From Coleofasciculaceae cyanobacterium CTOTU46645 (GTDB taxonomy: Bacteria; Cyanobacteriota; Cyanobacteriia; Cyanobacteriales; Coleofasciculaceae), in contig DALYKJ010000064.1 in assembly GCA_031969375.1 (NCBI GenBank), positions 1 to 31,405 on the forward strand: DNA of 31,405 nucleotides. The letters run 5' to 3'. Below, piece by piece: positions 11,200 through 20,689 of the stretch. Position 1 is the stretch's first letter, and each line of letters opens with the position of its first letter. Below the pieces are notes generated by a model. It worked only from the letters and a program-made list of their open reading frames with translations, did not search any database and was not told the origin of the DNA. The position numbers and the translations under genes are program-made.

Positions 11200-12738
11200 A
11201 TGGCTCAGAACAATATAGACCAAATTCAAGACCACGCTACACTATTTCATCAGGACGAATATCAACAACTATTTGCTACTAAGAAAGAATTTGAAGGTGG
11301 ACATAGCCCAGAAGAAATTTCCCGGATTGCGGAATGGACAAAAAGCTGGGAATATCGGGAAAAGAATTTCTCCCGCGAGGCTTTAACCGTTAATCCAGCC
11401 AAGGCTTGTCAACCTTTAGGCGCAATTTTAGCTGCTGTTGGTTTTGAAGCTACTCTACCCTTTGTTCACGGTTCTCAAGGTTGTGTGGCTTACTTCCGTT
11501 CTCACTTTACTCGCCACTTCAAAGAACCTTTTTCCGCAGTGTCTTCTTCAATGACTGAAGATGCCGCAGTATTTGGCGGACAGAATAATATGATTGATGG
11601 CTTGGCGACATCCTACAATCTCTACAAGCCGAAAATGATTGCTGTCTGCACTACCTGTATGGCAGAAGTTATTGGTGATGACTTGCAGGCATTTATTAAT
11701 AATGCCAAAACAGCGGGTTCTGTCCCTCAAGAATTTCCCGTACCTTACGCCCATACTCCCAGTTTTGTCGGTTCCCATATTACGGGTTACGACAATATGA
11801 TGAAGGGAATCTTATCTAATCTCACCGCAGGTAAGAAAGCGGAAACAACTAATGGTAAGATTAACTTTATCCCTGGCTTTGAAACCTACATCGGCAACCT
11901 GCGGGAAGTCAAGAGAATTGCCTCTTTAATGGGTGTAAACTATACGCTCCTGGCAGATAATTCTGAATATCTGGATTCACCCAATACCGGGGAATACAAA
12001 ATGTATCCTGGTGGTACACCGCTAACCGAAGCTGCTGATTCAATTAATGCCGAAGCTACTGTTGCTTTCCAAGCTTATTCAACTACCAAAACTCGCGAGT
12101 ATATCGGTACAGAATGGAAGCAACCTACCTACGTTACTCGTCCCGTCGGTATCCGAGGTACAGATGAATTCTTAATGAAATTATCTGCCCTCACAGGTAA
12201 ACCAATTCCCCAGGAATTAGAAGATGAAAGAGGACGTGCAGTAGATGCTTTGACAGATTCTCAAGCCTGGTTACATGGTAAGCGAATTGCTCTCTATGGC
12301 GATCCAGATTTAGTAATTGGACTAACTCAATTCTTGCTCGAAATTGGTGCCGAACCCGTCCATATACTGGTAAGTAACAGCAACGAAGCATTTGAAAGAG
12401 AATTACAAGCAATTCTCGATGCTAGTCCCTTCGGCAAAGGTGCAACAATTTGGGGTGGTAAAGACTTGTGGCATTTGCGATCGCTATTATTCACTGAACC
12501 CGTAGATTTATTAATCGGTAACTCCTACGGTAAGTATCTGTGGCGCGATACCAAAACTCCCTTAGTACGGATTGGCTATCCCATTTTCGATCGCCATCAC
12601 ATGCACCGCTACGCTACCTACGGCTATCAAGGCGCGATCAACCTACTCAACTGGATTGTTAATACCCTACTTGATGAACTGGATCGCAATACCATTATCC
12701 CAGCCAAGACCGATATTTCCTACGATTTGATTCGGTAA
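11200..12738 (+). CDS. nifK: Nitrogenase MoFe protein beta subunit NifK
   Basis: 512 aa, with [22 protein letters not shown] and [12 protein letters not shown]. Length and order after nifD are as expected. Confidence 0.97.
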   Translation: MAQNNIDQIQDHATLFHQDEYQQLFATKKEFEGGHSPEEISRIAEWTKSWEYREKNFSREALTVNPAKACQPLGAILAAVGFEATLPFVHGSQGCVAYFRSHFTRHFKEPFSAVSSSMTEDAAVFGGQNNMIDGLATSYNLYKPKMIAVCTTCMAEVIGDDLQAFINNAKTAGSVPQEFPVPYAHTPSFVGSHITGYDNMMKGILSNLTAGKKAETTNGKINFIPGFETYIGNLREVKRIASLMGVNYTLLADNSEYLDSPNTGEYKMYPGGTPLTEAADSINAEATVAFQAYSTTKTREYIGTEWKQPTYVTRPVGIRGTDEFLMKLSALTGKPIPQELEDERGRAVDALTDSQAWLHGKRIALYGDPDLVIGLTQFLLEIGAEPVHILVSNSNEAFERELQAILDASPFGKGATIWGGKDLWHLRSLLFTEPVDLLIGNSYGKYLWRDTKTPLVRIGYPIFDRHHMHRYATYGYQGAINLLNWIVNTLLDELDRNTIIPAKTDISYDLIR

Positions 12739-12747
12739 GTAGGAATT

Positions 12748-12789
12748 GGGGAAAGAGAAATAGCGATCGCAACAAACTTCTCTTTCCCC
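12748..12789 (+). terminator. Perfect 12-bp stem (GGGGAAAGAGAA / TTCTCTTTCCCC) with an 18-nt loop, 10 nt after the nifK stop. Probable nifHDK transcript 3' end or stabilising hairpin.
   Basis: Inverted repeat read directly. It is followed by a T/C-rich tract. Confidence 0.55.
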
Positions 12790-12904
12790 TTCTCTCTATC
12801 CAGCAGATTTTCTCACAAGTTGCTCTCCCAGATAGTAGTTTCTCACTCCCCTTTGACTATCTACTATCTTTTCCTCCTATTCCTTAGTCCTCTCCGCGAT
12901 TCCT

Positions 12905-13234
12905 ATGTCTACCATCACCCACACGCACCACCACAATTCTCATCACCATTCCCTAATTCCTAGAGAAAAAGCTGGTTTTGATCTTCTCTTCCCCTTGCGT
13001 CGATGGGTAGATAGAGTTCAGGTTGGTAATCGCAAATTCGCCCATCTCATTTGTCAGATTATTCCTTGTTGTTGTCCCTTTGAACGAGACATCAATTTAT
13101 TCGGAAAAACCCACCACATTCCGCCTCTGTGTAAATTAAATCCTCTCTATGACGAGTTTGTCGGTTTACGCTTCCGTGCCCTGAATTATTTAGCAGATGT
13201 TTGTCAAGAAGATATCACAATATACATCTGTTAA
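12905..13234 (+). CDS. Conserved small nif-cluster protein, probably of the Mo-dependent-nitrogenase C-terminal-domain family. It has a His-rich N-terminus (HTHHHNSHHH) and a Cys-rich core (IPCCCPFERD).
   Basis: 109-aa ORF at the conserved cyanobacterial position between nifK and nifE. The family assignment is from memory of that gene context and the Cys pattern, not from a search. Confidence 0.5.
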   Translation: MSTITHTHHHNSHHHSLIPREKAGFDLLFPLRRWVDRVQVGNRKFAHLICQIIPCCCPFERDINLFGKTHHIPPLCKLNPLYDEFVGLRFRALNYLADVCQEDITIYIC

Positions 13235-13312
13235 ATAACCATAATAAGTAGTTGTCTTTTACCAGAAGAATTGGTTTGAAGCACTGTCATTCTAGGACTG
13301 TTTTTCTGCCAG

Positions 13313-13354
13313 TTGTCACCTGTCAACTGTCACCTGTCAACTGTCACCTATCAC
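13313..13354. repeat. STRR heptamer repeat (CTGTCAA/CTGTCAC, 6 units) immediately upstream of nifE
   Basis: ttgtcac ctgtcaa ctgtcac ctgtcaa ctgtcac ctatcac. The same heptamer family recurs at 26727-26768 and 31379-31405. Confidence 0.85.
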
Positions 13355-13358
13355 TCCT

Positions 13359-14741
13359 ATGAAAATTACTCAAGGCAAAATTAACGAACTACTCAGTGAG
13401 CCAGGTTGCGAACACAATCATCACAAACATGGGGAGAAAAAGAATAAATCTTGCCAACAACAAGCCCAACCTGGTGCAGCTCAAGGTGGATGTGCTTTTG
13501 ATGGTGCAATGATTGCTCTAGTACCAATTACCGACGTAGCACATCTAGTTCACGGACCGATCGCCTGTGCAGGAAATTCTTGGGGGAGTCGGGGCAGTCT
13601 TTCCTCTGGTTCTCATCTATATAAGATGGGTTTTACGACAGATTTAAGTGAAAATGATGTTATTTTTGGTGGAGAAAAACGACTCTATAAGGCTATTTTA
13701 GAAGTCCAACAACGCTATCAACCCGCTGCTGTTTTTGTTTATGCCACTTGCGTGACTGCCTTAATCGGAGATGACTTAGATGCCGTTTGCGAAGCGGCAG
13801 CTAAAAAGATAGGAACTCCTGTAATTCCGGTTAATTCACCCGGATTTATTGGTAGCAAAAATTTAGGTAATCGCGTCGGCGGAGAATCCCTATTAGAATA
13901 CGTTATCGGTACTGCCGAACCAGAATTTACTACCCCCTACGATATCAACCTGATTGGCGAATACAACATCGCTGGGGAATTGTGGGATGTACTGCCACTC
14001 TTTGAAAAAGTGGGTATTCGCGTCCTCTCTAAAATGACAGGAGATGCCAGATATCGAGAAATTTGTTATGCTCATCGTGCTAAATTAAACGTCACTATTT
14101 GCTCAAAAGCCCTCATTAATATTGCCCGCAAAATGGAGGAACGCTACGGCATTCCCTACATTGAAGAATCTTTCTACGGTGTAGAAGATGTCAACCGTTG
14201 CTTACGCAATATTGCCCTCAAATTAGGCGATTCCCAATTACAAGAAAGAGTCGAAGCACTAATTGCTGAAGAAACTACCAAACTAGATCGAGAATTAGCC
14301 CCCTATCGAGAAAAACTCAAAGGAAAACGAGTCGTACTCTATACAGGAGGAGTAAAAAGTTGGTCAGTTATCTCCGCTGCTAAAGATTTAGGGATGGAAG
14401 TAGTTGCCACTAGTACTAAGAAAAGTACCGAAGAAGATAAAGCCAGAATTCGGGAATTACTAGGAGCAGATGGCATCATGATGGAAAAGGGTAATGCTCA
14501 GGAAATACTCAAAGTAATTGCCCAAACTAAAGCAGATATGTTAATTGCTGGGGGACGGAATCAATACACAGCTTTAAAAGCCAAGATTCCTTTTCTTGAT
14601 ATCAATCAAGAACGCCACCACTCATACACCGGATATGCAGGAATGGTATCCATGGCAAGAGAGTTAGAAGAAGCATTATATAGCCCCATTTGGGCACAAC
14701 TGCGCCAACCTGCACCCTGGGAAAAAGAGGAGGTAATCTGA
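13359..14741 (+). CDS. nifE: FeMo-cofactor biosynthesis scaffold NifE
   Basis: 460 aa and NifD-like, with [23 protein letters not shown] and [12 protein letters not shown]. It precedes nifN with a 1-nt spacer. Confidence 0.95.
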   Translation: MKITQGKINELLSEPGCEHNHHKHGEKKNKSCQQQAQPGAAQGGCAFDGAMIALVPITDVAHLVHGPIACAGNSWGSRGSLSSGSHLYKMGFTTDLSENDVIFGGEKRLYKAILEVQQRYQPAAVFVYATCVTALIGDDLDAVCEAAAKKIGTPVIPVNSPGFIGSKNLGNRVGGESLLEYVIGTAEPEFTTPYDINLIGEYNIAGELWDVLPLFEKVGIRVLSKMTGDARYREICYAHRAKLNVTICSKALINIARKMEERYGIPYIEESFYGVEDVNRCLRNIALKLGDSQLQERVEALIAEETTKLDRELAPYREKLKGKRVVLYTGGVKSWSVISAAKDLGMEVVATSTKKSTEEDKARIRELLGADGIMMEKGNAQEILKVIAQTKADMLIAGGRNQYTALKAKIPFLDINQERHHSYTGYAGMVSMARELEEALYSPIWAQLRQPAPWEKEEVI

Positions 14742-14742
14742 A

Positions 14743-16050
14743 ATGGCTACAGTCGCAACCGGAAAAAAATCTGTCGCGGTAAATCCCTTAAAGCAAAGTC
14801 AACCTTTGGGCGCTGCCCTGGCATTTTTGGGATTAAAAGGGATGATGCCTTTATTACATGGTTCTCAAGGATGTACTGCTTTTGCTAAAGTAACATTAGT
14901 CCGACATTTCCGAGAAGCCATCCCTCTTTCCACCACAGCAATGACGGAAGTTACCACAATTTTAGGTGGAGAAGATAATGTAGAAAAAGCAATTTTAACT
15001 TTAGTAGAAAAATCTAAGCCACAAATAATTGGTCTTTGTACCACAGGCTTAACAGAAACGCGAGGCGATGACATGGAGGGAATTCTTCGCAGTATTCGCA
15101 AGCGTCACCCAGAATTATACGATTTACCTATCGTATTTGTTTCAGCCCCAGACTTCCGAGGTGCATTACAAGATGGTTTTGCGGCTGCGGTGGAAAGTAT
15201 GATGCGGGAATTACCACAAACAGGTGAAACTCGTCACCATCAAGTGACATTATTAGTTAGTTCCGCTTTTACTCCTGGTGATGTTCAAGAAATTAAAGAA
15301 ATTATCACCGCTTTTGGACTCGTACCAATTGTTGTACCCAATCTATCGGGTTCTTTAGATGGGCATTTAAGTGATTCTTTTAGTCCAGTAACGACGGGAG
15401 GTACGACTTTAGCAGAATTACGAGAAATTGGTACTTCTGTCTATACAATTGCCCTCGGCGAAAGTATGCGCGAAAGTGCCAAAATTCTAGAAAAACGCTT
15501 TGGAATTCCTTATGAAGTATTTAGCAACTTAACTGGATTGGGCGCTGTAGATGAATTTATGCAAGGACTTTCCGATCTCAGCGGTATTCCTGTACCAGAT
15601 AAATATTGTCACCAACGCCGTCAGTTACAGGATGCAATGTTAGATACTCATTTTTATTTTGGACACAAACGAGTATCTTTAGCATTGGAACCAGATTTGT
15701 TATCTCCAATTGCTTGGTTATTACATGGAATGGGGGCAGAAATACAAGCCGCAGTAACCACAACCAAATCGCCTTTACTAGAAACACTCCCAGTAGAAAC
15801 AGTAACAATTGGCGATTTAGCGGATTTTGAGGAACTTGCAGTAGGTTCAGATTTATTAATTACCAACTCTTACGGTGCAGACATCTCTCGCCGCCTGAAT
15901 ATTCCTCTCTATCGCCAAGGTTTCCCCATTGTAGATCGTTTGGGTAACGGTCAACGTTGCACCGTTGGCTACCGGGGTACAACACAGCTTTTATTTGAGA
16001 TTGGGAATTTGTTTTTAGAACAAGAAGAATCAAGCCATTCAAAATCTTAA
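14743..16050 (+). CDS. nifN: FeMo-cofactor biosynthesis scaffold NifN
   Basis: 435 aa and NifK-like, with NPLKQSQPLGA, HGSQGCTAF and CTTGLTETRGDD. Confidence 0.93.
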   Translation: MATVATGKKSVAVNPLKQSQPLGAALAFLGLKGMMPLLHGSQGCTAFAKVTLVRHFREAIPLSTTAMTEVTTILGGEDNVEKAILTLVEKSKPQIIGLCTTGLTETRGDDMEGILRSIRKRHPELYDLPIVFVSAPDFRGALQDGFAAAVESMMRELPQTGETRHHQVTLLVSSAFTPGDVQEIKEIITAFGLVPIVVPNLSGSLDGHLSDSFSPVTTGGTTLAELREIGTSVYTIALGESMRESAKILEKRFGIPYEVFSNLTGLGAVDEFMQGLSDLSGIPVPDKYCHQRRQLQDAMLDTHFYFGHKRVSLALEPDLLSPIAWLLHGMGAEIQAAVTTTKSPLLETLPVETVTIGDLADFEELAVGSDLLITNSYGADISRRLNIPLYRQGFPIVDRLGNGQRCTVGYRGTTQLLFEIGNLFLEQEESSHSKS

Positions 16051-16175
16051 CCACTGACATCATTGAGATGATTAGATTAGTGAATAATTAGGGGGAGGAG
16101 GGCGGGTGAATAGGAGGACTTTTAATTGACTATAACTTGGTTATTGTCTGATATTTCAGCAGGAGAAAGAAAGCG

Positions 16176-16595
16176 ATGAGAATTGCCTTCACTACTAGCG
16201 ATAACGTTCACATCAATGCCCACTTTGGTTGGGCAAAAAAGATAGATGTCTATGAAGTTTCCACCGAGGGCTATCAATTCTTAAAAACCCTCAAATTTGA
16301 TGGAGATCTCAAAGAAGATGGTAATGAGGATAAACTTTTACCCAAAATTGAAGCCCTCTACGACTGCACCATTGTTTATGTTTCTGCCATTGGAGGTAGT
16401 GCCGCTGCCCGTTTAATTAAAAAACGGATTACCCCTGTTAAGGCACAATCTGAGGAACAAGAAATTACCGATGTTCTCACTAAATTAGTTGCTACCTTAA
16501 ATGGAAATCCTCCTCCTTGGTTGAGGAAAGTCCTGCAACAACAACAACAGTCCACATTTTTAGATCGATTAGAAGAGGAAGCTACCCCTGTATGA
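16176..16595 (+). CDS. nifX: NifX (FeMo-cofactor carrier, NifX/NafY family)
   Basis: 139 aa starting MRIAFTTSDNVHINAHFGWAKKIDVYEV, which is the family motif. It follows nifN. Confidence 0.9.
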   Translation: MRIAFTTSDNVHINAHFGWAKKIDVYEVSTEGYQFLKTLKFDGDLKEDGNEDKLLPKIEALYDCTIVYVSAIGGSAAARLIKKRITPVKAQSEEQEITDVLTKLVATLNGNPPPWLRKVLQQQQQSTFLDRLEEEATPV

Positions 16596-17068
16596 CTACC
16601 ACTCAAACTATTGCTGAACCCACTAAGCTAGAAATTCTGGAACATCCTTTTATTCAGGAAGTAATTCGCCAAATTCGGGCAGAAGATTCCTATGGCTTTT
16701 ACCGTAATTGGACAGATGAATTAATCCTAAAACCATTCATTGTTAGTCGGGAAGCCAAACGGAAAATCTCCGTTGATGGTGATGTGGAACCGAATACCAA
16801 GGGAAGAATCCAGTTATTTTATCGCGCCATTGCCGCACAAGTGGAAAAAGAAACTGGGTTACTTTCCCAAGTAGTAATTGATTTAAGTCACGAAGGCTTT
16901 GGTTGGGCGTTAGTTTTCTCTGGTCGTCTTTTACTAGTGGCGAGAACCTTACGAGATGCACAACGGTTTGGTTTTGATTCCTTTGAAAAATTAGCTGCTG
17001 AAGGGGAAAAGCTAACTAAATCTGGTATTGATTTAGCCAAACGCTATCCTGACATTGGCGGACTTTAA
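16592..17068 (+). CDS. NifX-associated nitrogen-fixation protein (DUF269 family). Its start overlaps the nifX stop (ATGA).
   Basis: The ORF is open from 16517. An in-frame ATG at 16592 overlaps the nifX TGA, which is a classic sign of translational coupling. This is the conserved position after nifX in cyanobacterial clusters. Confidence 0.75.
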   Translation: MTTTQTIAEPTKLEILEHPFIQEVIRQIRAEDSYGFYRNWTDELILKPFIVSREAKRKISVDGDVEPNTKGRIQLFYRAIAAQVEKETGLLSQVVIDLSHEGFGWALVFSGRLLLVARTLRDAQRFGFDSFEKLAAEGEKLTKSGIDLAKRYPDIGGL

Positions 17069-17083
17069 TTCAGTAGTTAATGG

Positions 17084-17389
17084 AAGTTACTAGTTACAAA
17101 TATTGACGGTTAGATCCCCCCTAGCCCCCCTTAATAAGGGGGGAATTAGACTCAATTTTCTCCTTCTTAATAAGGGTACAAAATGAAGTCAAAATCCTCT
17201 TTTTGAAGGTAAGAAATAGACTAAAAGCCCCCTTATTAAGGGGTGTAACTGGACTCAAAGTCCCCCTTATTAGGGGGTGTAACTGGACTCAAAGTCTCGC
17301 TTATTAGGGGGTGTAACTGGACTCAAAGTCCCCCTTATTAAGGGGGATTTAGGGGGATCAAAAATATCTAAACTCACAACTAGCAACTT
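17084..17389. mobile_element. MITE-like element, copy B, about 306 bp. It has the same termini as copy A and carries an internal array of three 34-bp tandem units (CCCCTTATTAGGGGGTGTAACTGGACTCAAAGTC).
   Basis: Terminal sequences AAGTTACTAGTTACAAATATTGACGGTTAGATCCCCCC ... GGGGGATC..AACTAGCAACTT, read directly. It is inserted between the DUF269 and DUF683 genes inside the nif operon. Confidence 0.8.
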
Positions 17390-17444
17390 GGGTTATTTAT
17401 GATGCGTTAGCTCGCCCATAGCACCCTACATAAAGGAGACAAGA

Positions 17445-17681
17445 TTGATGGTTCAAGCAACGGAAACAGCCCCAATTAACCTTACTGTTGAGGAGTTAAA
17501 AGCCCAAATTAAACGACTCAATAGCAAAGCCGGACAACAAAAAATGGATCTTCACGATTTAGCGGAAGGTTTGCCAACAAATTATCAACAATTAATGGCA
17601 ATGGCAGCCGAAACCTACGAAATATATCGTCAACTAGATGAACTCAAACAACAACTAAAAATCAAGGAGAAAAACCAATGA
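17445..17681 (+). CDS. Small nif-cluster protein (DUF683-type nitrogen-fixation protein)
   Basis: 78 aa, predicted helical. It occupies the conserved position between the DUF269 gene and nifW. Its stop overlaps the nifW start (ATGA). Confidence 0.65.
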   Translation: MMVQATETAPINLTVEELKAQIKRLNSKAGQQKMDLHDLAEGLPTNYQQLMAMAAETYEIYRQLDELKQQLKIKEKNQ

Positions 17682-17995
17682 GTACCACCTGGTATGATTT
17701 TAGAAACCTGACCGATGCCGAGGATTACTTCAAGTTTTTTAACTTGAGCTACGATCCCAAAGTTGTCAATGTCAATCGCCTCCATATTTTGAAGAAGTTT
17801 TCTGAACTTGTCCAAGAAATTGATGCTAATTCAACGGAAGAAGATCGAGAAAAAAAATTCGACTTGTACAAGGCTGCACTGCAACAAGCTTACCAAGTGT
17901 TTCTGACTTCCACCTCTTTAGATCAAAAACTGTTTAAAGTATTTAATCAGAAACCTAACAATGTGGTTTTACTAGCAGAAATTAATGCTGATTAA
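17678..17995 (+). CDS. nifW: Nitrogenase-stabilising/protective protein NifW
   Basis: 105 aa. The AEDYFKFFNLSYDPKVVNVNRLHILKKF motif is characteristic of NifW. Confidence 0.9.
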   Translation: MSTTWYDFRNLTDAEDYFKFFNLSYDPKVVNVNRLHILKKFSELVQEIDANSTEEDREKKFDLYKAALQQAYQVFLTSTSLDQKLFKVFNQKPNNVVLLAEINAD

Positions 17996-18006
17996 GGAGA
18001 AATAAG

Positions 18007-18837
18007 GTGCTACAACTCACCGCCAAAGAATTAGAACGCTACCGTCGCCAAATTATGCTATCAGGTTTTGGAGAAGCGGGGCAAAAACGACTCAAATCAT
18101 CCACTATATTAGTGACAGGTGTTGGTGGTTTAGGTGGCACTGCTGCACTTTATTTAGCTGTTGCAGGTGTGGGGCGATTAATCCTAGTTAGAGGCGGTGA
18201 ATTGCGCCTAGATGACATGAATCGTCAGATTTTAATGACTGACGATTGGGTGGGTAAACCGAGAGTTTTTAAAGCTAAAGAAACTCTGGAGGAAATTAAT
18301 CCAGATGTCCAAATTGATGCTATCTGTGAATATGTAACTCCTGAAAATGTTGACGCTTTAGTACAATCTGCCGATCTAGTCCTTGACTGTGCCCATAATT
18401 TCATTGAACGGGATTTGTTAAATGTGGCTTGTGTCCGCTGGAATAAACCAATGGTGGAAGCAGCGATGAACGATATGGAGGCATATTTAACCACAATTGT
18501 TCCGGGACAAACGCCTTGTTTATCCTGTATTTTCCCGGAAAAACCAGATTGGGATAAGCGCGGCTTTGGGGTTTTAGGCGCAGTGTCGGGAACTCTTGCT
18601 TGTTTGACAGCTTTAGAGGCAATTAAGTTAATAACTGGTATTGGCAAACCGCTATTATCTCAATTGCTAACCATGGATTTAGCCACTTTTGATTTTGCGA
18701 AACGTCGCCCTTACCACGATCCTAATTGTCCAGTTTGTGGCGATAAATATCGAGAGATATTGGAAAAGAATGTGGGTTCAGATTCCGTATTTTCTAGCAC
18801 TAAAGTGCTTACTACGAACTTTCCCATAAGTTTGTAG
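18007..18837 (+). CDS. hesA: HesA (MoeB/ThiF-type E1-like adenylyltransferase). GTG start.
   Basis: 276 aa. The nucleotide-binding motif VTGVGGLGGTAALYLAVAGVGRL and the CxxC pairs (CLSC, CPVCG) are present. The SD AGGAGAAATAAG precedes the GTG. It lies after nifW as in Anabaena. Confidence 0.9.
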   Translation: MLQLTAKELERYRRQIMLSGFGEAGQKRLKSSTILVTGVGGLGGTAALYLAVAGVGRLILVRGGELRLDDMNRQILMTDDWVGKPRVFKAKETLEEINPDVQIDAICEYVTPENVDALVQSADLVLDCAHNFIERDLLNVACVRWNKPMVEAAMNDMEAYLTTIVPGQTPCLSCIFPEKPDWDKRGFGVLGAVSGTLACLTALEAIKLITGIGKPLLSQLLTMDLATFDFAKRRPYHDPNCPVCGDKYREILEKNVGSDSVFSSTKVLTTNFPISL

Positions 18838-18899
18838 TAGGCACTTTAGTGCCTCTCTCTCCCTTATCTTAATTACTCATACTTAACCAGGAGTTTTCT

Positions 18900-19271
18900 A
18901 TGACATTAACACTGACAGAAGTTGCTGAATTACGCCTTCGTGCCTTTCTCCAAGGTTCCGCTAAAGGAGAAAATCAAGTACAACGGGGTGTTCGTTTTTC
19001 TGTTGTTGATGGCGGTTGTAGTGGCTATCAATATTCTTTGGATATAACCAACGAACCCAATCCCGATGATTTGTGCGAACAACAGGGGAAAATTCGAGTT
19101 TATATTGACAAAGAAAGTGCCCCATTATTGGAAGGTGTGGTGGTTGATTATGTGGATGGATTAACTCAAAGTGGCTTTAAATTCTTGAATCCTAATGCTA
19201 CTGATACCTGTGGCTGTGGGCAATCTTTCCAAGCTGGTAATTGCACTCCTACTGGTGTCCCTTGCAGTTAA
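18900..19271 (+). CDS. hesB: HesB (IscA/SufA-type Fe-S assembly protein)
   Basis: 123 aa. GGCSGYQY and the C-terminal CGCGQSF are the A-type carrier Cys motifs. Confidence 0.92.
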   Translation: MTLTLTEVAELRLRAFLQGSAKGENQVQRGVRFSVVDGGCSGYQYSLDITNEPNPDDLCEQQGKIRVYIDKESAPLLEGVVVDYVDGLTQSGFKFLNPNATDTCGCGQSFQAGNCTPTGVPCS

Positions 19272-19314
19272 GCTATCGCTGATTTTTCCTTTACAATTTT
19301 CAAGGAGTTGACAG

Positions 19315-19614
19315 ATGACTACTTATAATGTCCGCTTGATTAGTAAGAAGTATAAACTTGATATCACTATCCCTGTCGCCGAAGATCAATATATCCTGAA
19401 AGCGGCAGAAGAAAATGACTTAGATTTGCCTTTTTCCTGTGGTTCAGGTTCTTGTTCCAGTTGTGTTGGTAAACTAATGGAAGGGACAGTCGATCAATCA
19501 GATCAGGTATTTTTAGATGACGAACAAATGAGCAAAGGATTTGTACTTCTCTGTGTAGCTTACCCTCGCTCTGATTGTACGATTCGTACTCATCAAGAAG
19601 CCTATTTAGTTTAA
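19315..19614 (+). CDS. fdxH: Plant-type [2Fe-2S] ferredoxin, FdxH-like
   Basis: 99 aa. [12 protein letters not shown]...[17 protein letters not shown] is nearly collinear with Anabaena heterocyst ferredoxin FdxH. Confidence 0.92.
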   Translation: MTTYNVRLISKKYKLDITIPVAEDQYILKAAEENDLDLPFSCGSGSCSSCVGKLMEGTVDQSDQVFLDDEQMSKGFVLLCVAYPRSDCTIRTHQEAYLV

Positions 19615-19627
19615 CAGTTATTAGGGT

Positions 19628-19810
19628 AAGTTTTGATCCCCCCTCACCCCCCTTAATAAGGGGGGGACTAGATGAAAATCAACCTGATTAAGGGGGAAAT
19701 GGAAGGAAATTAACCTGATTAAGGGGGGAAATATAAAGTCCCCCTTAATAAGGGGGATTTAGGGGGATCTAAAATGTTTAACTTCATAACTACCCACTTA
19801 ACTTAATAGC
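19628..19810. mobile_element. MITE-like element, copy C, with degenerate termini. It has the same G5/C5 hairpin units (CCCCCTTAATAAGGGGG) and the subterminal GGATTTAGGGGGATC.
   Basis: Internal units and the 3' subterminal block match copies A and B. The outer TIRs have decayed. Confidence 0.65.
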
Positions 19811-19866
19811 TCTTCCCTATACGCTCAAAATTCGCTACTCATTATTTTCTCAAGAGGAATGAAATC

Positions 19867-20163
19867 ATGGCAACATTAACTGGTTTGACTTTTGGCGGCG
19901 CTACCTGGATACCCAAGTTTGTCCAGGCAATTAACCAAGTAAAATGTATTGGTTGTGGGAGATGCTTTAAAGCTTGTGGTCGTAATGTGTTACAACTAAG
20001 GGCGATGAATGAAGATGGAGAATTTGTGGAGGATGAGGATGAAGATGAAATTGAACGGAAAGTGATGAGTATTATTCATCCAGAATCTTGTATTGGCTGT
20101 CAAGCTTGTTCGCGAGTTTGCCCTAAGAATTGTTACACCCATGGTGCGCTTGTTCAAGCTTAA
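19867..20163 (+). CDS. fdxB: nif-type 2[4Fe-4S] ferredoxin (ferredoxin III / FdxB- or FdxN-like)
   Basis: 98 aa with two CxxCxxCxxxC(P) motifs ([14 protein letters not shown] and [14 protein letters not shown]). They are separated by an acidic insert ([15 protein letters not shown]), which is typical of nif-associated ferredoxin III. Confidence 0.8.
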   Translation: MATLTGLTFGGATWIPKFVQAINQVKCIGCGRCFKACGRNVLQLRAMNEDGEFVEDEDEDEIERKVMSIIHPESCIGCQACSRVCPKNCYTHGALVQA

Positions 20164-20172
20164 ATAGTCGTA

Positions 20173-20200
20173 GGTTGGGTTGAGGTTCCGAAACCCAACT
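20173..20200 (+). terminator. Stem-loop GTTGGGTT-(10 nt)-AACCCAAC, 10 nt after the fdxB stop. Candidate 3' end of the long nif transcript.
   Basis: Inverted repeat read directly. No strong U-tract follows, so this is only a candidate. Confidence 0.4.
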
Positions 20201-20349
20201 TAGATAAAGTAACTTGGACTAAGATTCTCAATAAACTGCAACAACAGTTGAAGTAATGGCTTACCTTATCGCAGAAATTGCCAAAAACATGACTTTTTTA
20301 GGTTTAATGATAATGCCAGAAAATAAATTACCGAAAAATGGAGGCAGCT

Positions 20350-20529
20350 ATGTCAAATTACCCATTAGTTATCGAGCCAAATAAACAGCCTTTAAGCCGG
20401 GAAATTGTTCATCTGCTACAGTCAATTAAAGCGGCGATAGAATTGCGTAACGGGATACGCCGTAATCGTAGAAACAGGAAAACTAGATACCTCGAAGCTG
20501 AATATCCTCAAGCCAACTATACCGATTAA
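20350..20529 (+). CDS. Small hypothetical protein of 59 aa with an Arg-rich C-terminal half (RNGIRRNRRNRKTRY)
   Basis: GGAGG lies 5 nt upstream of the ATG at 20350. The annotated ORF starts at 20338. No recognisable family. Confidence 0.4.
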   Translation: MSNYPLVIEPNKQPLSREIVHLLQSIKAAIELRNGIRRNRRNRKTRYLEAEYPQANYTD

Positions 20530-20689
20530 GTTTCTCCCGAAAGGATGGCTACTCATACTCAGGATAATTGGGATTGCGATGGCACGAGCGTGCCCGCTGC
20601 GCGATCCCATTCAGTATCGAAATAGTCGCTTTTCCTTTCACAACAAGCCTTGATGGTTTTATCGCGGAAGTTTCTCAGGGGGAAGACAG

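Noticed and set aside
16517-16591. Upstream Met extending the DUF269 gene by 25 codons
   Set aside because: The extension overlaps the nifX 3' end out of frame and is Thr/Ser-rich and unconserved-looking. The ATGA-coupled start at 16592 is more plausible.
17230-17340. Three contiguous 34-bp direct repeats that resemble a CRISPR array at a glance
   Set aside because: The units are contiguous with no spacers. They are internal to a TIR-bounded MITE. No cas genes are nearby.
20530-20689. Locally GC-rich stretch (ggcacgagcgtgcccgctgcgcgatcc) examined as a possible tRNA or sRNA
   Set aside because: There is no cloverleaf-compatible arrangement and no T-loop GTTC motif. It is too short for a confident RNA call without covariance models.
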